Positions 28,330 through 42,776 of a stretch of DNA of 64,000 nucleotides are shown one piece after another; position 1 is the first letter of the stretch, and each line of letters begins with the position of its first letter. The notes below the pieces were generated by a model that made no database searches, was not told the origin of the DNA, and was given only the letters and a program-made list of their open reading frames with translations. Source of the stretch: Balanoglossus misakiensis (taxonomy: Eukaryota; Animalia; Hemichordata); NCBI GenBank assembly GCA_040954595.2, contig CM082596.2:8817124-8881123 (forward strand). Reading direction: 5' to 3'. Made by a program: the position numbers and the translations under genes.

Positions 28330-28515
28330 GACTTGGCCTGTTTCAATATCATGCAATCAAACTTGTTGGGTCCCGTTTGGTATATGTTTTCTGGGACTTC
28401 ATGGGATCGGTTGCGTCTGTATGTTCATCCAAATAAAAAATTTGAAAAACACTGGGCGCATCACAACAATATTTGGTGCGTAGATGCAGGCCAGACTGTG
28501 GATGGAGAGAGTTGA
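28330..28515. repeat. Interspersed repeat (Helentron/DINE-like), related to 38375-38570 in inverted orientation
   Basis: Shared ATGGGATC(G/A)GTTGCGTCTGTATG...ATTTGGTG..GATGCAGGC..CTGT.GATGG. Confidence 0.55.
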
Positions 28516-31500
28516 CTTTTCAGAGCCCTCTGAGTTGGAGCCTTCAGAGCCCTCTGAAGTTTTAGAACCTTAGAACCCGGACCTCAGAATTTTTTTGACC
28601 TCAGATATATAACCCCAAAATTTACCTAGTATAATTAAATATAACGATTCCCAAATAGGTGTAATGTTGCCAAAATTACTCCCGCAGAAAATACTATGTA
28701 CGTACTAAATTGTATGGCAAGTGCGAGATAGTGACTGCCGATTACTGGCTATACTTGTTTTCGAAGTTAAAGTCAATTTCAGTTTCAAATTAACCCAAGG
28801 ATTCAGATTCACCAGTAACACGTTTCTTTTCTTTTTTGCTGTGAAAAGTCTTCTCTACCCTATGGATGGTATTTTGTTCAAATAAAGTTGCAATTGCCAG
28901 AAATCAGCAATTGAGCTTGAACAGTGTGAAGTTTGTCAAAACTCTGAAACTTAACGACTGTTGGAATAAAAATAATAGTATTCAATTTAGGTGATATTTG
29001 CATATTTTTAATTAGGGGTAGTCTTTGCCATTGTTGAACAAGTATCATTTTCTCTAAAACTGCCTGTGCAATTGCTGTGAAATTTGAATTGAGGTCATAC
29101 GTGATTGGTGTTCACCTATTTCTGTGTAATCCCCCGATGGGAAAACAGTGTCTTTGGCGCTATGCTTTGAAAAGCCTTGATACTCAAAGACTGTTAGCCT
29201 TTCTCCTGCCGACTTGTTGGAATATACAGTGAAACCTGTCATTACGGACACCTGGCAAAAAACAGACACTTTTTCATTATGGACAGAATGTAAACTCCAG
29301 AATTGTTGTCACTTAAAACAATAAAAAACCAAACTGACAAAGACAGACACTTTTGCAATGCAGACAGTGGCAACTGATAATGGCTCAGAAGTGTTACTTT
29401 GTATTCAATACTCCGTTTTCAAGATCCGGAACGAGATTCTCGAACAGGGCGAGGAGAATAGTTCAACACGAGGCTGAGGGTCAACAACACATGGCGGGTT
29501 GTTCACTGAGTGATAGTGAAAGCTGCTTGGACCACGGGCGTCATGGAACAATAAAGTGTATGGATGGATAATAATAAACTTCTCAGTCACTGAACGCGTA
29601 CTCTCAGTCTGTGTGCACAGTACATGCTCATCCAAGTGACCCTCGTTTTCTAGGTATGTTTCACGAGAATCTCGAAACTCGGGTATTCCACTGGTCAATT
29701 TACGGATAGACACATGCTTCTCAGTGTTCTGACCACTGAAGACAAGTGACAAACATCGACAACGGACAAGGCCATCCTTAGGCAGTTAACAATGGAAGTC
29801 TATGCAGGTTAGGGACAGCAGACAGCTTTTATGGTACACCGGAAGTGTTCCTTTCAGTTCAATCCCTGATTATGAACATTCATTTTCAAAGTTCTTATTG
29901 CTGAAGATTGACACAACAGACATGATTTCCTTCCAGTGTGGCCACCACGGCAACAGGGCGCTGGTGTCAGCCTGACAGCAATCAACTGCATTGCAAATAG
30001 CGACAGATGGTTATTTAGCAATGGCAGAAAAATTGCCACCTCAAACAAAACAGGAAAAATTGTTGCAACTTCAATCCTGGCCATTTCATGACATGCACAG
30101 GCAATGCACTGGTGCAACATGCTGACCTTGGTAATGATGCAATTTTCCAGAATGAGAGGTTGCTTCATGAATAATAAAGAGTATCAAAGCTCACCGACAT
30201 CTGTTTGGCCCATGGACTCAGTGCTGATTTTCATTCTCAATTGTTGAAGTTTAGAGACACTTAGCTAGGCTTTTATGCTTTTATGTCGTTACAGACACAC
30301 TCCCTCTTCTGTGTGTTTACTCTAGCTGTCATGAATATAAATGAGATGAGATTGACTGAAGCAGACACCTCCCCATTACTGACAAAAAAAACATGGTACC
30401 AACGGTGTCCGTAATTTACTGTTTCACTGTGTATCAAAGTAAACCAGTGAACTTGTTGACACGCCCCCCCCATCAACCCCACCCACACCCACATACCCCC
30501 TCACCCTTGGCCACCCCCCTTCCCCAACCGCCCCACCCCCAGGTGACACATTACTAGAGGTCGATAGCAACATGTCAACCATCTAGACGAACCACTGATT
30601 TTGATCAACAAATTACCCGATTGGATGTTGCCACATTATAGGCCTTATCCCCCGGGGTCAGTGTTTGACAGAAGCACATTTTTGTTTCTGTGTGAAGTGA
30701 AAGTGAAATGTCTCTAGCTGCTGTGATAAATCAAATACGAGGTAAGTGTAATGTCCTCTTTCTGTTTACAGGAACGAATAGGATACATGTAAGAATTCAA
30801 AAGCCAGTGCGTCATATGCAGAGAAGTTTCCTGGAATGAGATGACTTTCTTTTCACGGAGTTACACCAACTGTGCTTGATTTCATCGTCGTTTCAAGAAC
30901 AGAACTTTCCCATTGATTGTAATTGAAAAGTTATGATCCATGTTCAACCTTTTTGTAATCGTGTCACTGAGAGAGGGAGCAGGTTAAAATTAAATTATGT
31001 GTATACATGTCAGTATACCAACACTGCTTTAAGTTTGTCATTGGAATAAAAAAAATTCAAATGAATTCAACCCTATTGCTTTATTACAGTCCTAAATTTA
31101 CACTATGATTGGTTTAGCAGAACCTGAAGGTTGTTGGGTCCTTATAGGCACAATAAGCACCGCGCGTAACAAGCACTGAGTAAAATAGCACTACAATGTA
31201 ATTGCACTGGATACAGCAGCCTTCAGGTGCATGTTTACCATTCAGCCTTAGAGAGCGCAATATTGCACCCACTGTACCAACATTAAGCTTAATGGTAAAC
31301 AAAAAAAAAAACATGATTACAGCATTATTGCTGTATTGGTACAAAACTTGTTTGAAACAGTTCTGTTTTGAAAGCAAATGTTACAATGAACACCAAACCA
31401 CCTTAGACTTGCTCTCTCTCTCTCTTCATAATCTTGAATTTTGCATTATTGTACTTGACATAGGCATGATTTGCTAGTATTGTACATTTTGTCAGTATGA

Positions 31501-31604
31501 CGCATTGATTTCTATAGCTAAATGATACAAAGTTGGCAATCTAAGGAGTTTTTTTTATAGTGAAAGGGGATTTTGTCGTGGAGGTCATGTGACATATTTT
31601 ATTA

Positions 31605-32300
31605 AATAATTACGTGCCCAAGCCCCATAAAGGTGAGGTCCTTATTGGCGTTTTCCTTTTTCTCTTCCACAACTATTACTTCTCCTTGTGTAGTTTTCTA
31701 AGTCTACTTCTCATACTTGGCACAATGATGCAGGCCTATAAAATCTCTCGCATAATGCTCTTGAATTTTTAATTAGTCATGTGACCTAGCGGCCATATTT
31801 GATTAAAATTTTCAAATGGGACCAAATTATTTTGCCAATATGACCTCGACATTTGACCTGAATGTAACATAAATGCGAATTAATATTTAAATATAAGACC
31901 CACGGGCTTCACATTTGGTTGGATGAAATACCCAAGTTTACAAGTTTCCCTTGACCTTCATTAATTATGTGCATATGTAATATTCTAGGCTAACAAGCAG
32001 CCACAGGTGCAGTTTTTTGTTAACATGTATAAGTATGGCAGTGAAATTTGACGGGTGCGTTTAGGAACCCCTTGACCTCAGTTGACCCCATTCAAAATTT
32101 GCATATTAAATTCTAAGCTTACACACAGGGTTGTGGGTGCATTTGTGAATATGTTCTATTATGGGATGAAAATTTGTTGACAAATTTCGGGACCCAATTT
32201 ACCATGTTAACCTCATTAATTATGTGCATACCTAATTCTAGGCTAACCAATAGGGCTACAAGTCTGTTTTGGGCACCTTGAAGGCTGCTTGCAGCTTTAT
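31605..32300 (+). mobile_element. Non-autonomous Helentron-type (HINE/DINE-like) element
   Basis: Subterminal IR GTGCCCAA / TTGGGCAC, 3' stem-loop AAGGCTGCTTGCAGCTTT, T-rich flanks, no TSD. Confidence 0.65.
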
Positions 32301-32339
32301 TATTATTTATTTATTTATTTTGTTTGCTTTCGAGCATAT

Positions 32340-32453
32340 CTGTCTGTTTATTCATTCATTCATTCATTCATTCATTCATACATTAGGTCATTTATTTTTT
32401 ATTTATTCATTTATTTGTGTCATTCATTTTTTAATTTGTGCGTGTATGCGTTA

Positions 32454-32496
<43 letters not shown>

Positions 32497-32645
32497 ATGT
32501 ATGTATGTCTGTATGTATGTATGTATGTATGTATGTATGTATGTATGTATGTATTTATGTATGTGTGTATGTATGTATGTATGTATATATGTACCTATGT
32601 ATTGTAATGTAATGTACCCAATGGTCTGTGTGTGTGTGTGTCACT
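32340..32645. repeat. Compound microsatellite (ATTC, TCTG, TATG, TG)
   Basis: Directly visible. Confidence 0.95.
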
Positions 32646-32889
32646 GCATGTATAATGTACATTTGTTTGCGAGTGGTGTACTATATTTTTATTCTGTATT
32701 GCATTTTGATGAGCAGTTACAAGACTGCTAAATCCTTTTCTTTTTTTTCTATGGAGAGGTAACATTTTTTTGTGTCTGGGGTATTTTTGGTTGTATTGAT
32801 TATCTTGGAATTCAGAAGTTGAATTTAGGCATATGTGATTGCCATGGGTGTATTTTTCAGTTTTTAGTTCAATGTCCATCATTTTTGGT

Positions 32890-33960
32890 TGTCTGGGAGT
32901 TCTTCATGGTTGTATGTTGGCATCTGTGGTTGCCATGGATTTGATATTTGAATTCTCATGGTCTTTAGTTATCTAGGAGTACTCTGTGGTTGCCATGGTA
33001 ATATGTTTGAATTCATATTTGAATTCTCATGGTCTTTGGGTATCTTGGAGTACTCTCTAGTTGTATTTTGGCATCTGTGGTTGCCATGGTTATATGTTTA
33101 AATTCATGTTTGAATTCTCATCTTTTTGGGGTATCTGGGAGTAATCTCTAGTTGTATTTTGGCATCTGTGGTTGCTATGGTTATATCTTTGAATTCATAT
33201 TTGAATTCTCATCTTTTTGGGGTATCTGGGAGTACCCTCTAGTTGTATTTTGGCATCTGTGGTTGCCATGGTTATATGTTTAAATTCATGTTTGAATTCT
33301 CATCTTTTTGGGGTATCTGGGAGTAATCTCTAGTTGTATTTTGGCATCTGTGGTTGCTATGGTTATATCTTTGAATTCATATTTGAATTCTCATCTTTTT
33401 GGGGTATCTGGGAGTACCCTCTAGTTGTATTTTGGCATCTGTGGTTGCCATGGTTATATCTTTGAATTCATATTTGAATTCTCATCTTTTTGGGGTATCT
33501 GGGAGTAATCTCTAGTTGTATTTTGGCATCTGTGGTTGCCATGGTGATATGTTTGAATTCATATTTGAATTCTCATCTTTTTGGGGTATCTGGGAGTACC
33601 CTCTAGTTGTATTTTGGCATCTGTGGTTGCCATGGTGATATGTTTGAATTCATATTTGAATTCTCATGGTTTTGGGTATGTGGGAGTACTCTCGGGTTGT
33701 ATTTCAGCATCTGTGGTTTCCATGGTTATATGTTTGAATTCATATTTGAATTCTCATGGTTTTGGGGTATCTGGGAGTACTCTCTGGTTGTATTTCGGCA
33801 TCTGTGGTTGCTATGGTTATACGTTTGAATTCATATTTGAATTCTCATGGTTTTGGGGTATCTGGGAGTACTCTCTGGTTGTATTTCGGCATCTGTGGTT
33901 GCCATGGTGATATTTTTGAAATTCATATCTCAATTTTCATGATTCTTTGGGTATCTGGTC
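32890..33960. repeat. 91-bp tandem repeat, ~11 units
   Basis: TAGTTGTATTTTGGCATCTGTGG recurs at 33058, 33149, 33240, 33331, 33422, 33513 and 33604; edge units are degenerate. Confidence 0.95.
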
Positions 33961-34299
33961 AGCTGACAAAGCTGCTTCATCTCACTTGCTGGAGAAGTCA
34001 GAAGATCGCAGTCTCTCTTCAATTCTTTTCTATCCAATGCCTGTCGCTTCCTGCAGTGTACTTTCACGTATAATAAATAAAGAATATGTATGTTTGTGCG
34101 CATGTGTGTACCAGTGTTTTTTTTTACATTTCTTAAAAATGTTAAAAAAAGGACTGGTTTTGTGGTTATATTGAAATAAGTGTGTTGTGTGAAGGTTTAC
34201 AAGTGTCAAGTTTAAGTACTGCTTTCTTTAGCATACTATAAAAAACTTGACCTTGTGGCCTGTACTTTTTTAAATATGTTTTTTGATATATTATACACG

Positions 34300-36560
34300 T
34301 TCAGTTTTCAGGGATTTTAATCTGTGTGTGAGTACATTTGAACATTCATCTTTGTCTGTGTCCTTTTTCCTCAGTGTTAGGGTACGTTTTAAATGAAGTT
34401 TTCCCAATGGCTATAACAGATGAGAAGGTTTCTATTTGCAATGTTTTCGAGAGTTCTAAATGCATGCCATTACTAAAATGATTTGAGGATGAAAGTCAAT
34501 TGCAATAGATCCTTCAAGTCCAGTATAGTTTCCTGGGATCAGTTCATTAGTCGCGTGTGTATAGTGTTCAACAGTTTGATATACCGGTATATCTGGGGTT
34601 TTTTATTTTCACATTTTAATATGAACTTTATGATTTTGCTTCTGCTTGACTTTTAAATCTTTTAGATGTGTGTGTGTGTTTATCTGTGTTTGTACAGATG
34701 ATTTCACACGTTGCAGACATCAGCATTGTGTGAGTGTTTACAGTGCTTTGATTTTTTGATGGAAATTTTCTTATATAAATGAATAATGTGTTTCCAGAAG
34801 CCATATAGGCTTAATCGTTTTTTTTTTTTTTCATTTAGGGGTGGGGGGGGCATTATAATGGGAAATTCGTCCATGAAAAGCATCAAGCCCATGCAACATG
34901 GCTTACAGGCAACACATTATTTACACTTTTTGAACAACAACAAATTTTACATTGTGGTATTTACTCGTTTTAAAAAGAAGTTTTCTATATTTCATACACT
35001 TTCCTTTTTCAATTATTTTACATTTGAACATTCAACGTCCATCTCTGTGTGTTTTTCCCCAGTGAAGGGGGTTTAATGAAGTTTTCCCAATGGCTATAAC
35101 TTATAAGCCTAACCAGATTTGATGATGAAAAACAATTGCAATAGATCCTTGAAGATCACTATAGTTTCCTGGGATCAGTTCATAAGTCACTTTTCACACA
35201 TTTTTCACATTTTAATATGAATTTTATCATTTGCTTGACATTAGGTATTTTTATATAATATTTTGGATGTGTGTGTGTTCATCTGAGTGTTTTTTACAGA
35301 TGATTTCACACACTGTTGAAAACACATGCATTATGTGAGTGTTTAAATAAACAAATAATGTGTGTCCAGAAGCCATATAGGCTTAAATTGTTTGCTTATT
35401 GGGGGGGGGGGGGGGGGGGGGAGGCCATAAATTAAATAGCATCAAGCCCATACAACATGGCTTCGAGGCAACACATTATTTTTACACTTTTTGAACAGTG
35501 AACTAGTTTACAATATGGTATACTTTAAAAAAAAAATGTTTTCTTTATTTCAAACTTTTTTCAGTTTTTAGTTACTTTACATTTGAACGTTGATCCTTGT
35601 GTCATTTTCCCTCAATGTTTGGGGGTCAATATGACCTTTCAATTTGCTTTTTGCTTGACATTGCAAAGTATTTATTATTTGTGGAAAAGTTTTTGTGTGT
35701 GTTTTGTAGAGCTTTCAATAGTCAACTCAGTGTCCAGTTACTTACTCTTTCCCACAGGGGTTCCCTTTTCCCGAATAAAGGGTTTTACCTCTGGGTTTTG
35801 GTGCAGGGTAAATTTTCTGTTCATCCATGATGCATATGCATTGTGTGAGTGTTTACAGTTCTTTTAGATTATTTGATGACAATTTTCTTTATAAATACAT
35901 AAATGTGTTTGCAAAAGCCTTATAGGCATAATTTGGTTATTCTGTTTTTTTTGGGGGGAGGGGCATAAAAATAGTGTATTCCCTCATAAATTAAATAGCA
36001 ACGAGCCTATGCAACATGGCTTACAGGCAACACATTATTTACACATTTTTAACGATAAAAAATGTACATTGTGTTATTTACAAGTTTTCTATATTTTACA
36101 CACTTTCAGTTATTTTACATTTGAACATTCATTCTGTGTCTGCCTTTTTTCCCTGAATGTTTGGGAGATTTTTCCGATGACTACATCAGATGAGAAGCTT
36201 TTTGCTTTTGCTTGACATATTGCAAAGTATTTATTATTTTTGAACAGTTTAAGTTCAATTGTTATTGTTAACAATTTGTATTCAAGTCCAGAATTGAATA
36301 CATTTGCCACTAATAACAATGTTCTGTACCTAAAGTTACAGGTACAGGCTCTCTAAACCTACTATTTTTGTATGCCAAATTAGCATGTTCATTTGAAACT
36401 TACGTTTTCAAGAGGAATGAATTTAAAATACTGTTTTTTGTAAACTTGGTGAATCTGTATAGTTACTTACGCTTTCCCAGAGGGTTACCTTATCTCGAAA
36501 TAAGGGTTTTACCTCTGGGTTTTGGTGCGGGGTAAATTTTCAGTTGATCCAATAAAGTAC
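34300..36560. repeat. Degenerate ~550-700-bp tandem repeat, 3-4 units
   Basis: CAACATGGCTT..AGGCAACACATTATTT at ~34894, 35453 and 36012; CATTTGAAC at ~34335, 35021, 35580 and 36118. Confidence 0.75.
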
Positions 36561-38720
36561 ATGAACCACTACTCATGTAAAAATTACCTGTATTGTGTGT
36601 GTGTATGCTTTTGGATGTGTTAAGTTTACCAGGTAATATTGCCTAGGTGGAATGGGAATGGAGACTAGAATGGGTTTAGTGTGAGTGAGTGTAGAGAGCT
36701 AAGTGGATATTGTGTGTCCCATCCACAATATAGATGTAAATTTGAAAACATTTGCGTGTATTACAGTGAAATTTAATGTGTAGATGTGATGTGGTGGGAG
36801 GATGTGAGCTTGTTGACACGAAAGTGAGAATCGTCTTGGAAACCTCAAAAATGTGAAAATACATTAATACCCTCTGGGAAGTTGAATTCAGAAAGAAAAT
36901 TGTTTTGTGAGGTATGTAGGGGAGAGCAACATTGTTGGAATAGCAATGCCGTTCTGTCAATACCCCAAGTCATTAACACTGAACGAATGGGACATGCAAG
37001 GACTGTTATGGGTATTGCTCACAATCCTGGCGACTAAAATATTAACTGAGAATTGAACTGGCAAAAAAAGGTTTCTAAAACAATTACCAACAATTTTAAA
37101 GCTATAACAAATATGCAATCAGCTTGCTAATATGATTTCCAATCCAATTATCAATTTTTTCTATAAATTCAGTCACAATTCATTTATTTGAAGTTTACAC
37201 TACAAGGTCTGAAAACCAAAGCAAGCATTATGAATCACAAAGCTTCATCTGAAGAAAATCACTACCTGTATATCAGCTACATACAGAAATTTAAGTCTGC
37301 AGAAGTTTGTACATGTTGATAAGCAAAATGCAGCACTTGCATGGTAACTGGATGCAAACCCGACAGCAGAAATATCAGTTTCCATTTCCAGATAAAAACA
37401 GGTAGTTACAGGACCCATGTGTTTACTGAATCTTCTTAAGTAGCAACATGGTGCTTTCCAGATGCAAAATTTAGACTGGGCAATGCAAACAAAGCAATCA
37501 GGGAGAAATTTTAAGGAGTGGTACCTTCTTTCTCTCCTCAACAAGAATCAATGGTGGACACTATTTTCTTCGCTATTTTCAAAAGAAGTTCTTACACAAA
37601 TAATTTTGTCTAGCTAATTTCTCTCGTGTGCGGCAGTCTAAAGAAATTTTTTTTGTCAGGAAAAAATCATCTAATACTTTCAATTTGGATATTTTAATGT
37701 TCAACGGCATGCACTAGGCCTATGGGCCTGAAGTATATAACATAAATCAACAAAACTCGTCTGCACATAGAGAAAATTTACTGAGCAAAATTCTTCGAAT
37801 GACTGTGCTCAGCTTCTGTCTCTCTCGTGTGGCGGCTTTTAGTTCAAAAAGTTCAACGCTATTTGCCACCTACCCGACGTTGGTGGCGACATTATTAACA
37901 TTGTTAACTAACCAACTGGTGAACTTACCGTGATTATTTAACACATTTGGCTGATTTGATGAGATTGGTACACCTCATGCAAAACTCTACAAGCCTAAGA
38001 ATGTGATTACACAAGAAAAAGTCTACACCGGAGATCATGGCCAAATACAGACAGACACACACACACACACAGACACACATAGAGAGAGATCAATGGGCAA
38101 ACACTGACTGACCCATAAGCTGCCAATGGCATATGTACTGTACATACACTAAATAGAACAGCTGGCCTCTTTAAAACTTAGCCAGTTATGTAATCATTCA
38201 GGAATTTGCTGTGTTTATATGAATCACAGAGGGGAGTTTCTGCCTAATTAAAACAACTCAATAAAGTAAATACACACCACTTTGCAAAGCAATCTGACAA
38301 GTAGTTCTTGAGTTACTGAGTTTTGCCCAAATTCACATTTTTCCGGCTAATTTGCATATTTTTGGCAATGGCAACTTCATTTGCACAAACTCCCATCTAC
38401 AGCCCAGCCTGCATCAGCACACCAAATAATCAAGGTGATACACGCAGCGGTTTTCAAGTTTTTGATGTGGAATGACATACAGACATCCATCCATCCATAC
38501 ATACATCCATACAGACGCAACTGATCCCATAAGGTCCCATGGTACATACCAATGGGCCCCAAAAACATTGCTTTGAAGATTGGTGTTTATATTAGATGAA
38601 GCAAACTGCTCTGGTACATACACATGTAGATATAAAAACCAGAACTTGTATGAAGAGAATTTTCAGTGCTTTCCACTTCTCAGAAATCATTTTCAAGTCT
38701 TATTTTTGGTTTATTTGTGA

Positions 38721-38907
38721 GGTGGACCGTTCCTGGAGGTACTGCAATACCAGGTCGATCCGTGGCCAGGACGGAGCAAGCCCCTATTCCATGGCCCGTT
38801 TCCAAAAATCAGTTTAATATCGAGCTGCTCGGTGAGCAGCGTATCAGATATTAAGCTGATAAGAACAGATACTACACATGATCTTAGCCAAAAGGCCGAG
38901 AAGCGAT
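38721..38907 (-). ncRNA. U2: U2 spliceosomal snRNA
   Basis: Minus strand reads ATCGCTTCTCGGCCTTTTGGCTAAGATCATGTGTAGTATCTGTTCTTATCAG..., with branch-site recognition GTAGTA, Sm site GATTTTTGG and stem-loop IV CCTGGTATTGCAGTACCTCCAGG; 187 nt. Confidence 0.97.
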
Positions 38908-38949
38908 ATTGGCTGTCGGCCCGGAACTTTGGACGGTATCAAGCTCAAC

Positions 38950-38970
38950 AAAACTTTATGTATGGTTTGG
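38950..38970 (-). promoter_or_regulatory. Candidate proximal sequence element (PSE) of the U2 gene
   Basis: AACCATACATAAAGT at about -61 to -46, resembling the ACCNTNA..AAAG PSE core at the expected distance. Confidence 0.5.
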
Positions 38971-39199
38971 TCGATAGGTTGTTCTTCAATCAAGGTCACA
39001 CGTTTTATTTGTCATTAAATCAAAGCTATGAAGAAAATACTAAAGCTGTCAATATTAAAACAACAAATTGTGAGATCAAGGATTCATGAAACAGGACTGA
39101 TTTCTCTTATTTTACAATAAAACGGCAAAAAATGCGTAGCACCTAAATTAACTTTCATATGCAAAGTTTAAAATTAGCATCTGAATAGCCAGCCCCATA

Positions 39200-41854
39200 G
39201 TGAATAAACAAAATATACTGATATTTTTTACGTGGCGTTGGGGGCGATGTTTCCTTGCCGTACGTCATATCATGGCGGTTGGTTTGAGTGAACTTCCATC
39301 GCTTGGTTTGAATGGAGCGCTCATCCCTCGGAATGGAAATATTATTCATGAAATACTGGTTCGCGAGAAGTCCGGGTTCAAGATTGATCATAGAGACTAG
39401 AGGTTTCTAGTGTGGTTCTATCGCAGATAGTGAGAGTAGATGTATTGCCCAACGTGTTGGAATGGAACATATGGAATTTTACACGATGACGTCATGTGCC
39501 ATGGCGCAGGTAATGTTCGAGGTGGATGTCGTCACAGAACCTGGAGAATATTGCATCATGATTTGTGTACGCGTTTGAATCCAATTTTCTTGCTGGAGTC
39601 CGCTCTGAAGATGGAACACAGTGTGCATGGAATGTTGTTGGTCGACTTGAATGCTTCAGTGAGTATTATTTATCATGTTCAATGTTGTTTATGCCGTGAC
39701 TTGCTGCAGTTTTGCAGCCCCTCCGTCTCCCCTGGACGATTTTTGTTTTTATGCCGTGACATGACGTAATTCTTCCTAAACTGGCCATCTTCAGCAGGTT
39801 GAAAATTTTCCCAGTTCAGTTGTGCGCAACTAGCTGAATTACAGAAATGTGGTAAGCAGATACAAAAATTGGCTCATTCGAAGAAAGTTGCCACGTTGGC
39901 TCCGGAAAAGCCAAGTGTTTCTGCTGGACATCACAATGTCTGTGGGTGTTTTAATATTTTTCCAGTCTTGTAGTTCAGGGGGTGGGGGGTTGATCATTTC
40001 CTGTAGTTTTTGTCACGGGAACCTGATACGATTTACAATGCGTATGTCTTGTATATCTATTTGTACATTTCAAAAAAACAATCTTTCTCTCTAGGGGACT
40101 ATTCATAATTTACTTCCAATTTTCCTACCTTCCTGGTGATTTTTTTCCATGCCCCCCCCCCCCTCCCAGTAAATTGTGGAGGTCTGCGCCCCCTTAAATT
40201 TCCTGTTTTTTTTTACCTTGGTCCCCCAATATATACATGCATGTACGGCTCATACAGTCTGACAAGTTCATCACTCTTTGCTAGAACAATCAAGAGATCA
40301 TTTACTCACTGTATAACCAATTTTACAGGGGACAGTTAAGTGGTCATAAAAATCATGTTTTTGCAGGGACTGCAAGTGGCACACTTTTGGGAAACCTAGC
40401 AATGGGCAACTATTGATGGTAGTTTTCTGAAAATAAGTTAATTATGACAAAAACTCCTGTCACTATGTTCACTACATCAAACACTAATAGTTGTAAAGAA
40501 GACATGTCAAAAAACACTAAGTCAGGTCTTTTGCATCAAAGGTTTTTCAAGTATAATCGTTGTATCTAATTATCAAGCAGTGTGTCATATTATTTGTTTT
40601 ATATTTAAGCAATAACCCCTACCGCAGGCAGGTATACACGAGATTTGTGTACAATTCGAGACGTACAGCACTAGCCGTTAGGCGAGTGCTATATGGAGCG
40701 AATTTTACCGACTGAGACGGGGATTATTGCTATTACAGTCAAACCTGTCTATAGTGGCCAGTCAAGGGACTTTACCAAACTGGCCTTTCTAGACAGGTGG
40801 TCTTTATAGACAGATTAATTTATACACGTGTAAATTGCACAGGGACTGTAACTAAGTGGTCACTACATAGAGGTGGTCACTAACACAGGTTTGACTGTAT
40901 ATTATATCAACAATTGATTTTATGGCATTTCAGTGTCATTTTCTTAACAAAACAGCATCAGAAGATGATTTTACGATCGTGAACCAACATGGCGATGATG
41001 AATGTAAACACGAGTGGCCCGGAACCAAGCATTAAACATGAAGCAGACGACAAAAAGTGACAAAAGTGCAAAATATTCAGAGCAGAGCAGTTCCAAAATA
41101 AAACGTCCTTAAATTCAAGTGTTTTTATAATATTTATTTGGTTCAATCCCATGCGACTGAGGTTTTACCGCACATTTTTCCTGCTTCATGCCAGTTCAGG
41201 GGCCCGTTTTATCACTGCCAGCAGTGCTATATGAGTATTTTAGCATCGTTGGATTGAGCTCTCTTCCAATCAGAATGGCGGATGGTCGCATGATGTGATG
41301 AAGTTTATTGTTTGTTATGTTTTGTGGCCAGGTGCACCTATGTTGATTTCTTTATTTAACATATAAGCGTGACCAGGTGTTAATTAGTTTTGGTCGTATA
41401 AAAGCCACCCAGTGCCACGTTGTCGCGTGGCTCATTTTGATTCTTGTCTGGTAGCGTCTGGTAGCTGTGCCGTCGCATTGTCGAGGAGTTTTGGGAGCCC
41501 ACCGTACGGAGTGTGCCTGTCTACTGTGGTAGCTCAGGATTGACACTGCAGAAGGGACTTGGTGAAGGCGTGGTGGATGTTTTCGAGGACGCTGCGTGGA
41601 ATTTGGGAGCCGTCCTGAGGGAGCGTGTTTCTGTGTCACGGTGGAACTGTATTTGAGGTAATACGTGGCTGTCTTTTGTACACTGGCGTTATACGGACAG
41701 AAAGGCCGGAATTGTTGTGCGTCAAGTCACCAAACTGTTTGTGAGACTTTGAACTTGTTAGGAATTTTGTTTGGTCACCTGGTCACGCTCGAGTTTAGTT
41801 TGTAGTTTAGTGTAAATATTATTTAACATATCGTGAATATTACTCGTATCTGCA
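39200..41854 (+). repeat. Duplicated block A, copy 2 (contains hairpin element 40604-41293, MITE 40736-40897, truncated LTR-like 41294-41854)
   Basis: Colinear with 18501-21180. Confidence 0.95.
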
Positions 41855-42082
41855 ATTAAATTAACAGCATTTTCAATGGATCATATGTGGGTGTTGACAA
41901 TACTCAGTTGTTTAACAATTTCACATTTACTGTATCCTTTTAACAAACATGATGAGAAAATTAACGAATTCTAGTCTGGACTTGAATTGAGCTCAGTTAT
42001 CAACAGTAACAACACTGACTGTTCACTGTACATATATGGTCTGTGCTGGCAGGCCAAATAAGTTGGACATTTTATTATGCTT

Positions 42083-42201
42083 CACAGAGTAGAACAAGAA
42101 ACTGTAGTAGATATAGAAAATAAACCACCGTAAAAATTACCCACAGAGTAGAACAAGAAACTGTAGTAGATATAGAAAATAAACCACCGTAAAAATTACC
42201 C
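42083..42201. repeat. Perfect 59-bp tandem duplication
   Basis: CACAGAGTAGAACAAGAAACTG... starts at 42083 and 42142. Confidence 0.95.
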
Positions 42202-42776
42202 AAAATTCCAGCTTATGAAGATTTAATACACTTGTGGAGGTCATCTGTCATCCAGGTAGCCATGGTGGTTTGTTTCTTATAAATCAGTACTTTTAGGCAA
42301 ATATTGAGTTTGTGAGGTTTTTTTTTTATCTCTCTCTATGTGTGTGTGTGTCTGTCTGGGTGTCTGTCTGTATATGGCCATGTACTCCTGTGTAGACAAC
42401 TTCTTGTGTAATCCCTCAATGGGATCACTGTGTCCTTGACGTGATTTTTATGTCCGCCCCCCCCCCCCCCCCCTCCCTAATTTTTCTTGGGGAAAATGGG
42501 TGACCCCCCCCCCCCCCCCCCCCTGAAAATCCTCTGCCCCCCTTGAAGTAAATTCTGAACAGTCCCTAGGTACTAAATGTTGAATTCCGATTGGGGTAAA
42601 GAGTTTTGGTTGGTGTAAACAGTACTTCTGATGTGTCAAACTATTTCTCTCATTAATTAAATTGACAAAAACCATGATATTACCTGCATGCTTGTTAATG
42701 GTAGTAGTACATTTACATGGGCTCTAGTTTTATTGAACAGCAGAAGGCAGTTTATAAGGACCCAACATTATCATGA

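Noticed and set aside
30690-30775. AAGTGAAAGTGAAA IRF-like site followed by a GTAAGT donor and a CAG acceptor
   Set aside because: The implied intron is only ~30 nt and no gene could be attached.
33581-34073. Hydrophobic repetitive ORFs
   Set aside because: Read-through of the 91-bp satellite; period is not a multiple of 3.
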